A DNA stretch of 62,664 bases, the filler included, from Circinaria calcarea (Eukaryota): NCBI GenBank assembly GCA_051942165.1. It is 9 parts of 9 records of this genome, joined end to end, with 100 filler letters (N's around TTAATTAATTAA, not from the genome) between each part and the next. Parts side by side here need not be neighbours in the genome. Positions count along the whole stretch, not along the records: positions 41,871 to 48,740 come from JAVECS010001470.1; positions 48,841 to 55,703 come from JAVECS010001471.1; positions 55,804 to 62,664 come from JAVECS010001472.1; 6 more parts are not named here. One strand, written 5' to 3'. A model generated the notes under the pieces. That model did no database searches. It was not told the origin of the DNA and saw nothing but the letters and a program-made list of their open reading frames with translations. Position numbers and translations under genes: made by a program. Numbering within the stretch: the stretch's first letter is position 1; each line of letters begins with the position of its first letter. This document shows, piece after piece, positions 46,087 through 59,081 of the stretch.

Positions 46087-48714
46087 ATGTCCCAACATTT
46101 CAGCAATTACACCGGGAACCCTGATCAACGCATCGATAGTACATTCGGGGAGCTCACCAACTCGCTGATATTTCCTGGTTCGTTGCCATTTCAGCCAATG
46201 CTTCAATCTACATGGCCGATGCCGTCAGGATGGCAGGTGAACGGTCAAAACAACTATCCTATGGGCAACTTCTATGAGGGACAAATGATAGGATCCAACA
46301 GCTATTTCCCAGAACAACAAGACTATGCAGCTCTCGACGAAGGCGACGATTTCTATACCAATGGTGACGAGGATACTCCGATGGGTCAAGATTTACAGGG
46401 ACAGGCAAATCAGGCAGGTGCCACCAGTCGAAGCACACCTAGTATTCAGCATGGGATCAAACATAACACCACAACCACATCAGGTGCAGCCACGCCTAGC
46501 TCCAGATTGTCAGAACAACATCAAGCCAAGGGCCACATCACTAAGGACACTACGGCAGAAGATCCCGCAGTAAAGTTGGCCACATTAAGAGCTAAACTCA
46601 TGGTCAAGAAGGATGGGCAAGGAAAGACACCGACGCCGGAACCTAGAGTAAGTAAACCAAACGGGCACGGTGGGACCGGGAAAGGCAATAATGAGTCCCC
46701 AAAAGAAAGCAAGGCATCAGGAGAATATGCAGATTTGGGTGGGATCAGGAAACCGTCACCTGGAGTGGCCAAAGCAATATCCTTCGATACTCAAAGTGAT
46801 GTCAAATTCGTGGTCAATTCTCAAGGTCTGCCCTTGCAGCAGCAAGCATCTGGCACTGACATCGAGGCACTCTTTGATGAAGCTAGGGCTGTCGAAGCTG
46901 CCAAGAAAAGCAAGCTGGCTGCAGAGAAGGAACCGGAAGGCATAACAGGCCATAAGAACAGCATAGTCAACATAACCCACGCAAAATCCGATATAGCACC
47001 CTCGGCCAATGGCCCTCAAGGGACACTATCAACCAGTCGCCAGCCAAGCGCGGATAGTGGTAAGGCATCATCATCAACCTCCGAGCAAGGTGAAATACGC
47101 GAGGAGCCAAACAAGCTAGATCGAAGGCTTGAAAATGGACCACCCGAGCCCAAATTGTTGATAGAACCCAATGGTCTGAAGGAGAAGCTTAAGCTCAGTG
47201 CTCAGGAAAGCAATAACTACCCCCAGAGCAAAGCTACCTTAATCAAGCAGCAACCTCAGAAGATCGACACTAGTGCCTCGAATGCTCGCACAGGTGGAAC
47301 AGGTCTAAATACTACCAAGCCCAGATCTCCAGATCCTGCAAAGAGCCCAGCTGCTTTAAAGGCAAAAGGCATTCGCGATCTTCCGGCCTCTACTGACTCC
47401 AAAGATGAGTTTGAACGTTACAAGGAGCCTTTAGAATATGCTTATGAACGTCCCAGGGATCGTCGTCCTCAGCGAGATTACGATCGAGACCGTCCCAGAG
47501 AAACATACTCACCTCATAACGTATTCCGTCCCCAACACAAATACCGAGCAGACGAGGCAGAGCAGGCTGCTGCAGAGTACAAGAAGAATTTGCAGAAGGT
47601 TAGGGCCGAACCACGGGATGCCACCGTGGCACCGCAGGTGGCTGAAGAGACTCCAACGACACAGAAACCGGAAATTCTTGAGAACTATGAAGATGTCAAT
47701 ACATGGCTTGAAATGACTGGATATTTCGACGAGGTTTACCGGACCAAGGCACTGGCTCGTCATCGAAAGCTCGTCGAGCTTGACAAGCAGCGAGCAGAGC
47801 TTGAACGTGAAGACCAGATTGAGCGTGAAGAACGGTTACATATTGCACGTGCACAATCAGTCCGGCCCCGAGAAAGTATTGAAGGTCCTTCCCTACGTCT
47901 TAACGTTACCCCTCAAGAACTTCCCAGCTTCTCCATGCCCCCACCTCCGCTCCCGACGAAAGACACACAGGAAGATGTGGGCATGCAGATTAAAGATTTG
48001 GCTATTCGCGACGCTGCGAGTGCAGCAAAACGAAGCGAGGATGACTTGCGCGCATCAAGACAACTACTCAATTCTCCCACCATGCTATCACCAGCAGTAA
48101 AGCGACAGTATTCAGAGGAAGACTTTGGTTCTCCCACAACTCGACGTATGGGGAAGATTGCTCGTACTGACTCGAGAGATTACAGCTTTGACAAGAGACA
48201 ACAGCCAAGTCCAAAACCGGTCAAGGCGGCTCCTCCATCTCTGGAGAGTCGAATCTCAGTAGATAACGGTTCGTACAGACAGTACCAAACCAGGAGCAAA
48301 TCGCCGGATTCCCGTCGTCGAAGTTTAAGTCCATACCGCGGAGCGTCAGGCTCTGAGATGCAATTGGCGCGGCAGCACTCGGGTAGCTCGCGCAATGGGT
48401 ATTCCCCTCTCCGTCGAACCGGGATGAGTCGAGATGCTTCACCGGGTCGGAGAGACAATGGGATCTCGTATGATGATGGTTACGACAGTGGCACACGCGG
48501 CCGCTACAATGCATACCGTTTCGACCCGGACAACCGCTCCAATTCAGGCTACGACTCATATACTGCTAACAACCAGCGTGGGCATTATCATAATCAGCAA
48601 TATCAATCTACCGGTTATCGCGCTCGTGGTACCCGTGGCAGAGGGAGAGGCTATTACAATCACAACAGCCGTGGCGGCAGTTACAAGCCCTATGACAGAG
48701 GTGGTTCTGAATAA
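46087..48714 (+). CDS. Large low-complexity protein with an RS/RGG-rich C-terminal region; probable N-terminal part of a YTH-domain protein
   Basis: ORF of about 875 aa containing WLEMTGYFDEVYRTKALARHRKLVELDKQRAEL, RSKSPDSRRRSLSP and RGRGRG. The ORF ends 26 nt before the contig edge, and no YTH domain is visible. Confidence 0.7.
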   Translation: MSQHFSNYTGNPDQRIDSTFGELTNSLIFPGSLPFQPMLQSTWPMPSGWQVNGQNNYPMGNFYEGQMIGSNSYFPEQQDYAALDEGDDFYTNGDEDTPMGQDLQGQANQAGATSRSTPSIQHGIKHNTTTTSGAATPSSRLSEQHQAKGHITKDTTAEDPAVKLATLRAKLMVKKDGQGKTPTPEPRVSKPNGHGGTGKGNNESPKESKASGEYADLGGIRKPSPGVAKAISFDTQSDVKFVVNSQGLPLQQQASGTDIEALFDEARAVEAAKKSKLAAEKEPEGITGHKNSIVNITHAKSDIAPSANGPQGTLSTSRQPSADSGKASSSTSEQGEIREEPNKLDRRLENGPPEPKLLIEPNGLKEKLKLSAQESNNYPQSKATLIKQQPQKIDTSASNARTGGTGLNTTKPRSPDPAKSPAALKAKGIRDLPASTDSKDEFERYKEPLEYAYERPRDRRPQRDYDRDRPRETYSPHNVFRPQHKYRADEAEQAAAEYKKNLQKVRAEPRDATVAPQVAEETPTTQKPEILENYEDVNTWLEMTGYFDEVYRTKALARHRKLVELDKQRAELEREDQIEREERLHIARAQSVRPRESIEGPSLRLNVTPQELPSFSMPPPPLPTKDTQEDVGMQIKDLAIRDAASAAKRSEDDLRASRQLLNSPTMLSPAVKRQYSEEDFGSPTTRRMGKIARTDSRDYSFDKRQQPSPKPVKAAPPSLESRISVDNGSYRQYQTRSKSPDSRRRSLSPYRGASGSEMQLARQHSGSSRNGYSPLRRTGMSRDASPGRRDNGISYDDGYDSGTRGRYNAYRFDPDNRSNSGYDSYTANNQRGHYHNQQYQSTGYRARGTRGRGRGYYNHNSRGGSYKPYDRGGSE

Positions 48715-48740
48715 CTATTTGTGTCAGATGTGACTTTCGA

Positions 48741-48840
48741 NNNNNNNNNNNNNNNNNNNNNNNNNNNNNNNNNNNNNNNNNNNNTTAATTAATTAANNNN
48801 NNNNNNNNNNNNNNNNNNNNNNNNNNNNNNNNNNNNNNNN
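48741..48840. other. Artificial contig linker
   Basis: N run with TTAATTAATTAA. Confidence 0.98.
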
Positions 48841-49486
48841 TGAGACTTTCACAATGGCCACCTATACCAAAATCTTCCTGCAGTTCCCTCCTGACCAAGT
48901 TTTCTGGAATACCTCGACCCAGTTCTTCCTCTATGCAGATCCCAACGAACGTGGCTACTTCCCCCTCTTCCAATCCCTTGACGGGCCCGGATTCCTCCCT
49001 GGTTCAGGCATTCTTTTTGTCACGGTCGTTTCATCACAATCCTACCGCGTCGAAGCTCAGAACGATCAAATCACCAAGGAACAGGTTCTTGCGGTACTTC
49101 GAAATATGTTTGGCCCCGAGAATGTGCCGATGCCGACTGCTTTCATGTACCCACGGTGGAGCCTGGAACCCTGGACTTACGGCAGCTATTCAAGCTGGCC
49201 GCCCGGGACGAGTCTGGAAATGCATCAAAATCTGAGGGCGAACGTCGGGAGGCTGTTCTTTGCAGGTGAGGCAACGAGTGCGGAGTACTATGGTTTCCTT
49301 CATGGGGCTTATTTCGAGGGGCAAGCGGTCGGAATGCAAATTGCCGGCTGTCTGGCGGGAAACCAGACCGCGTGTGCAGGGAAGGTGTACTATGAGGTCT
49401 TGCACGGAACGACGCTGCTGGAAGAGTACAACGAGACCAACGGGTGGGACGTGACGAGCTTCCAGACCTATGGGATTGTGGCATAG
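48841..49486 (+). CDS. Polyamine oxidase / flavin amine oxidoreductase, C-terminal part
   Basis: YTKIFLQFP, YPRWSLEPWTYGSYSSWP and LRANVGRLFFAGEATSAEYYGFLHGAYFEG. Confidence 0.9.
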
Positions 49487-52400
49487 CGCCCCAGGTGGAA
49501 GTAGAGATAACTAATGTTGTTAGATACGATGGGATTGTAATCTTAGATCGATCCAGACTTGTTGATATCTAGTGAAGTACAAGACATCTAGTCATTCATT
49601 CTCCACGCATACTACTGCAAGTTAAGGCATTCAACGGACCCCAACATTTAATCTGAGTCGGTTAACACTAAGATCGTTAGGGTACTGTGAACGCAATATT
49701 CCTATGTCACAGAGACTGACGTTTTACCCATTGCAATTCCACAGGGGAAGAGTGCATGGAAATTCGATCGCGTTCATTGAGAGCCTGCCGTAAAGAAGAT
49801 CCTATTGGCTGCAGATGTATCTTTAGCAGATACTCCGCAAGCGTATTATGTAAAGCACATTCTCTCTTCTCTTAGGTTGTTAGTTAATGCGCTGAACCAT
49901 ATTGGTAGTGGCAATGGGAAAAGTCTTATGGTAGCAAGTTATTATAGTACGGCTATCCTAGCTACCATAGCGCCTTCGCCAAACCCTTGCGGAGATTCCC
50001 CCCAAGAAAAAAAGAAAGAAAAATCCTGAAAACGCGCCTATCATTTCTGGATACACTGTATCTCTCTCTCTTTCATAAGCTCGTACCTTTTTTGCAGCTT
50101 TCACAGCAGCCGCGAGAGTGAAGCTTTCTCCGTGATATGTATTGGTGATTCGCATAGCTTGGCTCAATGTATGCCAGGCGTTGTGACACATGACACACTT
50201 GATGGAAGAGAGGCGGGGTTTCCGAATTCGACCGAAAAAAGAATTACTCTCCCGCACGTAAACTCGTATTTCCATGTAGAGGCTAACTAACGGGCTTGAA
50301 AGAGGCAAGGATGGCTTGAATCAATGTGGAAGCAGTTGCTTTTAGGGTCCTGCTTGTTTGTGAGTTCATTTTTGGGAATGGTGTGTAGCTTGTGGGCAAC
50401 TTTCGAAGGAGCATAACGGTTAAGAAAAGAATGTTGTGTCCGCTTGTGTGGGGGATGGTCGACGAATCCGGAACTAGAGCAAGCGTGTGGGCTTTTCAGG
50501 GGATTGGCCGAGCGAGGCTATGGTAAGCAAATGAAACTCCAGGGCGTGTACGTAAGGACTTATGGAAGCGTGTAATCCATGGACCTAGTTTTTCATGTTT
50601 GTTCCAACTATAGCTAGCTAACCGAAAAGCCAGATGTGGAAAGGCACGGCCCTAGATATAGGAGGGTAATTCCAATACTGAGTCGTAACTCCATGGCTTC
50701 ACGGAAACAAGTATGGTACTCATATGATATATAACAAGTAAGGTCAGTACAAAAAACTTCCTTCATCTCCGTTGCACGCTACTCTTAGTTACAGACTTTT
50801 CCTAGCAAGGGGCCTGATAAAGGCCCCCTTCTAAGGATTTTCATAATTAGACTCCTATGGTCTAGCTTCCTAGTGCCACTTACTGACCCTATCTCAGAGT
50901 ATGCTACAGTTGCGAAGTGTATTCTGGGACACTTCCGCGGTCAGCTCAATCTTAAACCTGCGATTGCTTACTGCCACCTACAGGTTTTCAAACTTCTATA
51001 AGCTCTGCTGCTTGGCGAGTCAGACCTCTACCTTAAACAAGGTCAAATTGCTAAAGTTATATAAGCCAAACCTATACTATCCTGAGCTGTCAGTCCTGAA
51101 ACTCTCTCCTCATAGACCGCTTTTCTTACCAAACAGTTTGACTCGTCAAGTCAAGGTCCACCTCTCGATGAATTTCGAAAATCCTCTCCAATCTGGATGG
51201 TTGAAACATCGATAAAAATATCGTCGGCAATAATACCTCGACCAAGTACCGCATTAGATGTGGATCCCCGCAATACTTTTGCCGCCGCTTGTACTTAGCT
51301 TCGCTACATATTGAAAGTCATCATCTAAGCCCTCTTTACAACCTTCCTATGAATAACAAGATGGGTGATGACTTGGGGGCATTAGGACCTGCTTCTTCGA
51401 AATGGGTTTCCACTTCCACCAGATTCCAGACGACAGAGCCGTTCATGCTATGGGTATTTAATAGTTCCAAGCTTCAAGTCGCCCGATACATAGCATGCAT
51501 TGTCTTGTTGTCGGGGATTTGTTCCCTGCTAGGAGCAGTCGAGTAGGGCGAAAAAATAATTTGGTTGATCATCACGGTTGTACGACCAGGTCGTACACTG
51601 GACCACGTTCAGGTAAGTATCGCCATCTAGCTTTGGCTAACTTCTGACGTAGGAGTTTATGTTCGACTCAACATTGAATATGCGATATATACCAAACAAT
51701 GTCTGAGCAATAATAGGACAGCGCCCTTCCTTCTAAGCGAGAGTTATTACACAAGAGAGACATGAATAAAACTAAGGCCCCGTTTTAATAGGATGAATAT
51801 AAGTTCTAAAAGTATATTTTATGTGCTTATTTCGTTTTCTGTTTAAGACCTCGTTAATTATCTCGCCTTTTGTGGTTGGGTGAAGTTAATCTTACGTCAG
51901 AGTAGGGCTAGTACCAAAAGGTCTGACTTAACCCCGAGGGTCAACGGGACTAACTTCACACCGGCACAATAAGAACAGAGGTAAACTGAAGCTTGAAGTA
52001 ATGATAGACAATTAGCGAAGCGTACAAAAACTTAGAGTTCTTCAACGGCAACAGGATGTATGACCTCGCCATCACTCACACTATAAGAATATTATGTGAT
52101 GCTAAAGGTAGGCCTTACCAATCTTTACATGAGCGAAAAGAATGATTATGAATAGATTGGGCATGAAGGGGTCATATAGATAATTAGAAACAATGGCAAA
52201 TCAAGGGTTTGAGTTTTCTTATTGTTTTTAGTCACGATAACCAGTTCGACAATTAAAGGACGCATAAAACTGAGATGAAACATAGTGGTAATCACACGAC
52301 CATTGTTTGACGGGGGTACCGGCGGGGTCAAGTTGCGATCGTAGTGAGTATCTCTATACAATGTAGGTAATGCATAATGGTACGACGGTAGAAGCAAGAC

Positions 52401-54391
52401 GAGAACAATATATAAACCGTTATAGGAACCAGAAGATTATGAAGAGCTAAGATACCAAGTATAAGTTAGGGATAGCTCGGGATACTCAATCTCTCTAGGT
52501 ACGCTTGGAGACTTGTATCATGTGGGAAAGGGGACTTACTATGTCTACTGTCCAATGTAGGAAACCTTGGGGTCGAAAAGGCAAAGGAGCAAACAAATAA
52601 GAGGTGGACTAAGCTTACTCATATAGGATAAGTTGTTTGTGTGATACAGGATGATAAAGGTATAAATAGGACGGAGCGACTCGAAGTGAAGTTAGAACTT
52701 TGAGATCGTTTTTGTTTTTATATATTGAAGAAGAACGGAAGAGCCTGGATAAGGATTGCTCTTTTAAGTTGCGGGATGACAGGCAGTGAAGCTTTTGTGA
52801 AGAGAAAGATTCACCAGGCAAGACAGTCGTGGCTAGGGCAGGATATTTGACGTGGGTATGCGCCTGACTAACCCCAGTATGCTTTGGGAAACTGTAGATC
52901 CGTGGCCTGGTCCGGGCAGAGATGCCTAAGAGTGCTCCAGGCTTTTCTCGTGGCGAGTCTCAGTAGCTATAGGATCTCATTTGAGTCTGCCTTAAGAATG
53001 AGGTTTTTCTTGCAGACTGCACAAGATGTTCGTCTATGTCTCCCGCGGCAACCATCGCACTCCCATGGAGCTCACTCGGAACCTGGTCCTACCTTTGCTC
53101 GGTAATCTAACGAGGAGCTCATGGCATGTATGCTTGGCAAGCTATGGTAAGGTCGGAATTATAGATAGGGGAGGCTTAAAAGACATGGACTCTGTTATCT
53201 CCCGAAATGACTGCGGCAACCATTGTAACCCTTGCCACCACCGACCATGGTAGCGGAGGATTCTTATCAAACCCTTATGTAACTCTGCAACGCTTTGGCC
53301 TAGAGCGTAGAGCGCCTACAACAATCGGGTGAATCAGAGTATTCCAATGATGGTGGCTTGTATGAACATCCAGCCAAAGGTTTACCAATTCTCCAAAACA
53401 CCATTTCCTCACGGGTAGAGTACATATCATGGAGTAAACACAGGCAGCGTGGAGCTCTCGGGCCAGAGTGCCGGGGTTGAATACAAACGGTGTCAAATCT
53501 ATAGTCGCGCCAATGACAACATGCGCTTATCGCAGCCATCGTCAATGGAGGAGGCGGAGAAGATTCCGATCATAGTCGCCTTGGGCCAAGGTCAACAACT
53601 GGCTGACGTGCCCCTGATTCCGCTGTGCTCGGAGCCTCTGACAGACTCTGGTACCTTTGCCACTCTGGCCGCTGTCGCCAACCTCCCTTTGTCGAAGTTG
53701 CTGCAGCCTCGTCCCCCTGTCGAAGCGAGCCAATGACTGGTTGCATACTTGCACACCCCTTTCCCGTTCCGTCGCCCACGGGCAGACTTCGCTCGATCTG
53801 AAGCAAACCAGACGGGACTTGATGTCGGAGGATTGATGAAACAACGTCTCCGTGTTAACCCTCCGATAGGGGGAGGCACACTGTACATGCCATGACGCCG
53901 AAGCGAGAACTGCTCATCTACTCGATAACAAACCTTTCAACACCGGGCCTCCCTTGGGCACAGTCAATATCATCTTAGGCCCAAGCGACGAGCTCTAGGT
54001 CCCCTTTCCAACATTGAAATCTTCCCCGCTTGCTCCTATTGCAAGGTGGAAAGGTTGTCACACAGTACTAAGAGACGGTTACTCTTCTCGCCAAGTGGCA
54101 TTGCTTACCGACAGTTCGATCTTATCGAGCCTTTGTTGACCAAGGCAAACCCTACGGAGTTACAATAGCACGGGCTCAAACGAGTATGCCGTGCCCGATC
54201 CTTCATACCAACCTTGGCCGCGTGAAGCCACACTATCTCAACTCATTCCATCATGGTTGTGTGTATATGATCATGGCTTTTTCTCAGCAGTCGAGCTATT
54301 TCCTTTTCTTCAGTACATACTTCAGTACCTATACGCATTTCCTCTATCTCAGCGTCCAATAGCTTGTATCTATCTCCCAACTATCTTCATT

Positions 54392-55209
54392 ATGCTTTCT
54401 CGATTCTCCCTCTCCCTGGTTGCCCTGGCTGGCATCGTTGCTGCATCTAAACCCGGTCTTCTCTTTGGCCGTGATACCTACTCAGGCGTTGCAACATTCA
54501 ACAATTACGCTGCTCAGGGAAATACCGTCTGCGGTCCCAAGTCTGGTATATATTTTCCTCCCTGTCTGTGCTTCTTCCACCAACACCTTCGCTCTGTTCT
54601 CCGCCCTTTAAACATTCTCTCCCCTAAGCATTCTCCCCTCAAAGCATTCTCATCTCCTGCAATTCTCCCTCCCTCCCTCCCAATCCCGTTAGCTCCATTA
54701 TCATCACCAGCTAACCACTTTCACCCAAGGCATTGACAGAACCTACGGCGCCGCTGCCAGTACAGCCTCCCAATCCATATCCGGAGGTGCCTGTTTCGCC
54801 AGAATCGACCGCAACCAATGCGTAGGCCAATCTCCTCGCCCCAACTATGTCGGTCCCGGCTGCCCAACCTCCAATTGCGGTTTCTGCTACCGTGTCACCA
54901 ATACAGGCGGTTACGGCGGCGCCGGTGTTGGCGGAGTAGGAAAAAGTATCGTCGTGCAAATCATCGACTGCTGCCCTGCGGAGAGCGCGTTCAACTACTG
55001 TAAGACCAGTGTTCCGGCAGATCAGAGGTGCGGGGCTGGAAATGGGTTAGATATTGATGAGAGCGCATATAGAGCGTTGACGGGCAGAGGGTTTGCCGGG
55101 GTAAGTCTTTGATGAGACTGTTTTGCTTTTCTTTGAGAAAGAGTACTAACTTTTATTCCAGGGCGTACCAAACTTGTATATCAGCATTACGCCGGTTAGG
55201 TGTCCATAG
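54392..55209 (+). CDS. Secreted Cys-rich double-psi beta-barrel protein (expansin/barwin/GH45-like)
   Basis: Signal peptide MLSRFSLSLVALAGIVAA. Introns 54546-54729 and about 55101-55161. Motifs GVATF, CGFCYRVTN, SIVVQIIDCCP and LDIDESAYRALT; ends ITPVRCP*. Confidence 0.8.
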
Positions 55210-55703
55210 GTAAGGGGTCATCGAAGTGTAACGGCACCCAACGGGCAGGGGCCAACTCCTGCGATAACGTATTCGTTGTTCCCTGCCTACTTAGCCTTGC
55301 ATGATTGTATATAGACAGTCAAGACATACTTGTTAGTTTTACTCAATTCAATCCAAGCCATAACCTCTTAACGAACCAAAGGACTTCACTTCCGGCTACA
55401 CAAACGGCACTGCCGAACCTACTTCAGAGCGATTCGAAGGAAACACAAAGAAAGGAGGCTTTCAAACACGACGGGATGGATGTTACGGCTATCAAACCTA
55501 CCTCATTTTCTTTGATTCTGCTGTTTCACATCTGGCCTCTAAGCATCGAGCCTAGTTGGTCTCCTTTTCTCTTCTCCTCTCCTTTCTTTTCCTTTACCGT
55601 TGTCTATATCCCCTCCACCCCCTCCACCCTCACTTCCCTCCCTCTCCCTTTCATCATTTTGGCCATCTACGTAACCGCTTGTTCCGTTCAAGCAGGCCTC
55701 CGC

Positions 55704-55803
55704 NNNNNNNNNNNNNNNNNNNNNNNNNNNNNNNNNNNNNNNNNNNNTTAATTAATTAANNNNNNNNNNNNNNNNNNNNNNNNNNNNNNNNNNNNNNNNN
55801 NNN
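55704..55803. other. Artificial contig linker
   Basis: N run with TTAATTAATTAA. Confidence 0.98.
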
Positions 55804-56968
55804 CCTCGATTGTTGAATGAAGAAGACCTGGCCTTTGAACTAGCCCTTGCTGGATGTTGACGATACTCTGATTCTACTAAGGTGTAAGCTTCATGGTTCT
55901 CATTACCCGTATCTCAATCACTGACCAGTTGGTGATAATCACTATTGTGCTGTGATGCGCCTAGTTGAATTTGGTTCTGGACTTGGTCCATCTGACGCCC
56001 ATACTGCTCAAGCCGGCCCACTATGGCGGCTTCCAGGCTGATGGATAATCGACCGAATTGCACATCAATACCAGATAGTTGGTCTAATTTGCAATTGACA
56101 GCCTCAATCTTGGCTTGGAGTTCCTCGGCTTCGGTGGTTGTGTTAGCCGTAGCGGTTTCAATTGACGCCAAGCTGCTGCCTTGTTTGACCTGGTTATATC
56201 TGCCTAAAAATATTAGAAAAATATTAGTGGCTTGAGTATCATAAATCAGAAGAGAAGAGTAGGCAATGATTCACCGGTTGTTATCTAATGAAATACAAAA
56301 GGGGAACCCATATCAATCAAAAATCTAGATAGCAATGGGGAAACAAAATAAACAGCGTAAATAAGAAAGTATTCGTCACAGCAAATACATTGCCTCATAA
56401 TAGATTTTTGACCAGCTATGGTTAGTAGTAGCCATATTAAAGGTATGCCTACAAACAGAATCACTCTGAAACAATACATTCTGGAATTATAAAACGTTAA
56501 GACGTGAACATTTACTTACAATACAAGCACTTGGACAGCACTGTCTAGGTTAGCCTGTAGGTCCGTCACAGTACTTCGTAGCTCTTTCAAAACGTCTTTA
56601 CGAAAGGGGTATAAACTTTGTTGCTTGAAATTCCGCAATGATTCTCGGAAGCTGGCTGGTGTCCCAAGCGTCTTGTCGAACTTAGTCAATGCTGCCTGTA
56701 ACTTGCCTAAGCCGTTGTTGCTAGATGAGATCTGTCTGTAAACTGCCTGCAGCACCGGTAAAGCGGTCGGGTCTGAGCGTTCAATTTTCGGCATTATATC
56801 CTGCAATCTCTCAAGAGTGAGTCGAAGGCCAACAAGCTTTTCCGACGCATCGCCGATGTCCTTATCATGCGATTTCCATGCATTGCAATACGAAACTAAA
56901 CCTTGGCAAACCTGAATACCCAGAGAGATAACGCCCACAGCGCCCGCAGCAGCACCGAAGTCGGCCAT
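55804..56968 (-). CDS. Protein with a fungal HeLo-like N-terminal domain (NLR/ankyrin-associated), 3' truncated
   Basis: MADFGAAAGAVGVISLGIQVCQGLVSY...LYPFRKDVLKELRSTVTDLQANL. Intron 56519-56200 joins in frame to a coiled-coil exon, which continues towards the contig edge. Confidence 0.78.
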
Positions 56969-57182
56969 GGTCTAGCTGTAGCAGAGTGACTTTTCACAGT
57001 CATGAAAGACGGGACATCTGGTTACAAATGTGGGCTTGACTTCGATCGGGATTGGATAATTTGTGGTTAACCAGATGATGCCCACTCTTTCGGTATCTCA
57101 GCCGCAACCGTACCCCCGCCAATAATGATCGCAACGTCGGTGATTTGCGTTTGGTTGACTTGCTCGTAGATGTTACTAGTGA

Positions 57183-57262
57183 TGGAAAAGGCAAAAAGGG
57201 AAAGGCAGGATGGGAAAGGAAGGATGGGAAAGGAAGGACGGGAAAGGCAGGATGGCAAAGGT
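57183..57262. repeat. Purine-rich tandem repeat, period about 14 bp (GGGAAAGGCAGGAT)
   Basis: About five copies read directly. Confidence 0.75.
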
Positions 57263-59081
57263 GAGAAACGGAAGAATTTCTGCGAAAAACTCCTTCGCAT
57301 TGCTCCGCAGACAGAAGCTGAGCCCCGCCCAGCTCTGCAGCATATCCCTACCCCCATTGGCTATAGCCCAGTGTTACACGAAAGACCTGGCAAGGCAAAC
57401 GTCAACGAGGCTGAACGAGGCTTTCTTTGATGATGGGTTGCAGACAAATGCCTTCCTTCCCAATCGGCGACCGGAGGAACTTTGATGCGGAACATTCCTG
57501 CTACAAATTGTCAACATCGACATCAATCACGTTCAAGCACGTCGAACGCGATCCTTACAGACTCTATCTCCTGGGTTCCCCAAGCTCAGGTCAGCTCTCA
57601 GAACCTCAACCACCACCCTGGTATTCCAGAAAGGAATAGAAAAGCGCTGAAACGTATTCCACCAATCTGAACTCTAAGATCCGAAAATGGGCGGTTCGCC
57701 CGACTGCTGATACACCATGACCGATATCGAAGACCAACATTGCAAGCTTCTCTACTCAGCGGCTTAATGCCAGCTACTTGTGAGAGCCTATCAAGGCATC
57801 TCTCGATGTACCAACGGGTCTCCCTGACCTTTAAAGATGGCGGCACTTTATCCGACCTCTTTCTCAGAGGATGGAAAGTCTAGCACGGTTTGTGGGATAC
57901 GGGAGGTTTGCCTCTTTCGAAAGGCCGTCTAGGAGGATAAGGCAGTATAGTGGCTTTAGATGGGGGTATCTGGGAGGGGAGGCTACTGACAGTAGAGATG
58001 GCTTTTGTATCAACTCTATTATGTTATGTTTGAGTAATGCAGGCTGAATAAGCCAAGTCTATCTACTTCTATAATCCCCAATTCCAGCAATCTCGTTGAT
58101 GCATGCCAACACAACATCTCACCTTCCCAAAGGCCCTTTAACATATTTCCAATCTAATCCCCAACTCCTTCCATACCTATCTTAATCATACTCGAAAGTT
58201 TGTATTGTGACTTTTTTGAAGTTGCGATTTTCTAGTCTAAACTAAATCAGGACGACCAGTCTATTTGACGTTGAACGGTCTGGTTGTACCGTTCAAGACT
58301 CGAACTCAGGAGTTATTGTTATACACACAATGCTTGGGTCAAAGCTCAAGATTCCACGGGAAGATATTTATGACCGCCGGCTTTCTAAGGGAAACTCGGC
58401 AATTATTTTTACTCTTCTAAGCAAAACGGATTATATATATTATAGTGAAGATACGCGACACTCCACATCCAGGACTTGGGGACAGGACTTGGGAAGATCT
58501 AGTCTCGTTGTCTGTAGGTATTTACAGTCGTGTGACTAATTTCCACGTGTGACTTTTCTTTTTACCGGGAATACTTTTTGCATCTGTCGTAAGGTTCATC
58601 AGCGAAAAGCTCTTAGTAGTCGTTTATGTTCTCGAGTTCCTATTAGTAGGGGGTCGGTTCAGAATTGGCCTCAACTACAGCTGGCCTGATCCTATATATC
58701 ACCATTAAAAGACAGGGCCTGGTATATTGTTATTCATACGAAAGCTACTATGAATGCAAACGGCATGATATCGCGCATGACGACCAGAAGCTTGAAGAGA
58801 TCGTAGTATTCGTGGACCCCTATGGACCCTGAACGATCGAAGCGAGCCGTGTGTACGCTAAGCCATAGTAGCCTCGCATGCCACGTAGGTTAAATTGCAA
58901 TAGCATGGGGCTGAATCGTGGCGGTACCACCATCCAAACCATGAGATGTGACTCACCCCCAAGAGCTGCGTGTCTGCAGTAGAAGAACATAAACACACCT
59001 GCTCGTCTTCACTCTCAGAAGGACAGGGAGACTTTGTGATTGTTATATAAAAGGACATTGTCCAGATTGGCCTCAGTCATC

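Noticed and set aside
50807..50830. Small GC hairpin AAGGGGCCT-GATAA-AGGCCCCCTT
   Set aside because: Too short and isolated to call a Helitron end or terminator.
53400..53900. Overlapping short ORFs upstream of the DPBB gene
   Set aside because: No recognisable motif or consistent splice model; could be chance or an unidentifiable relic.
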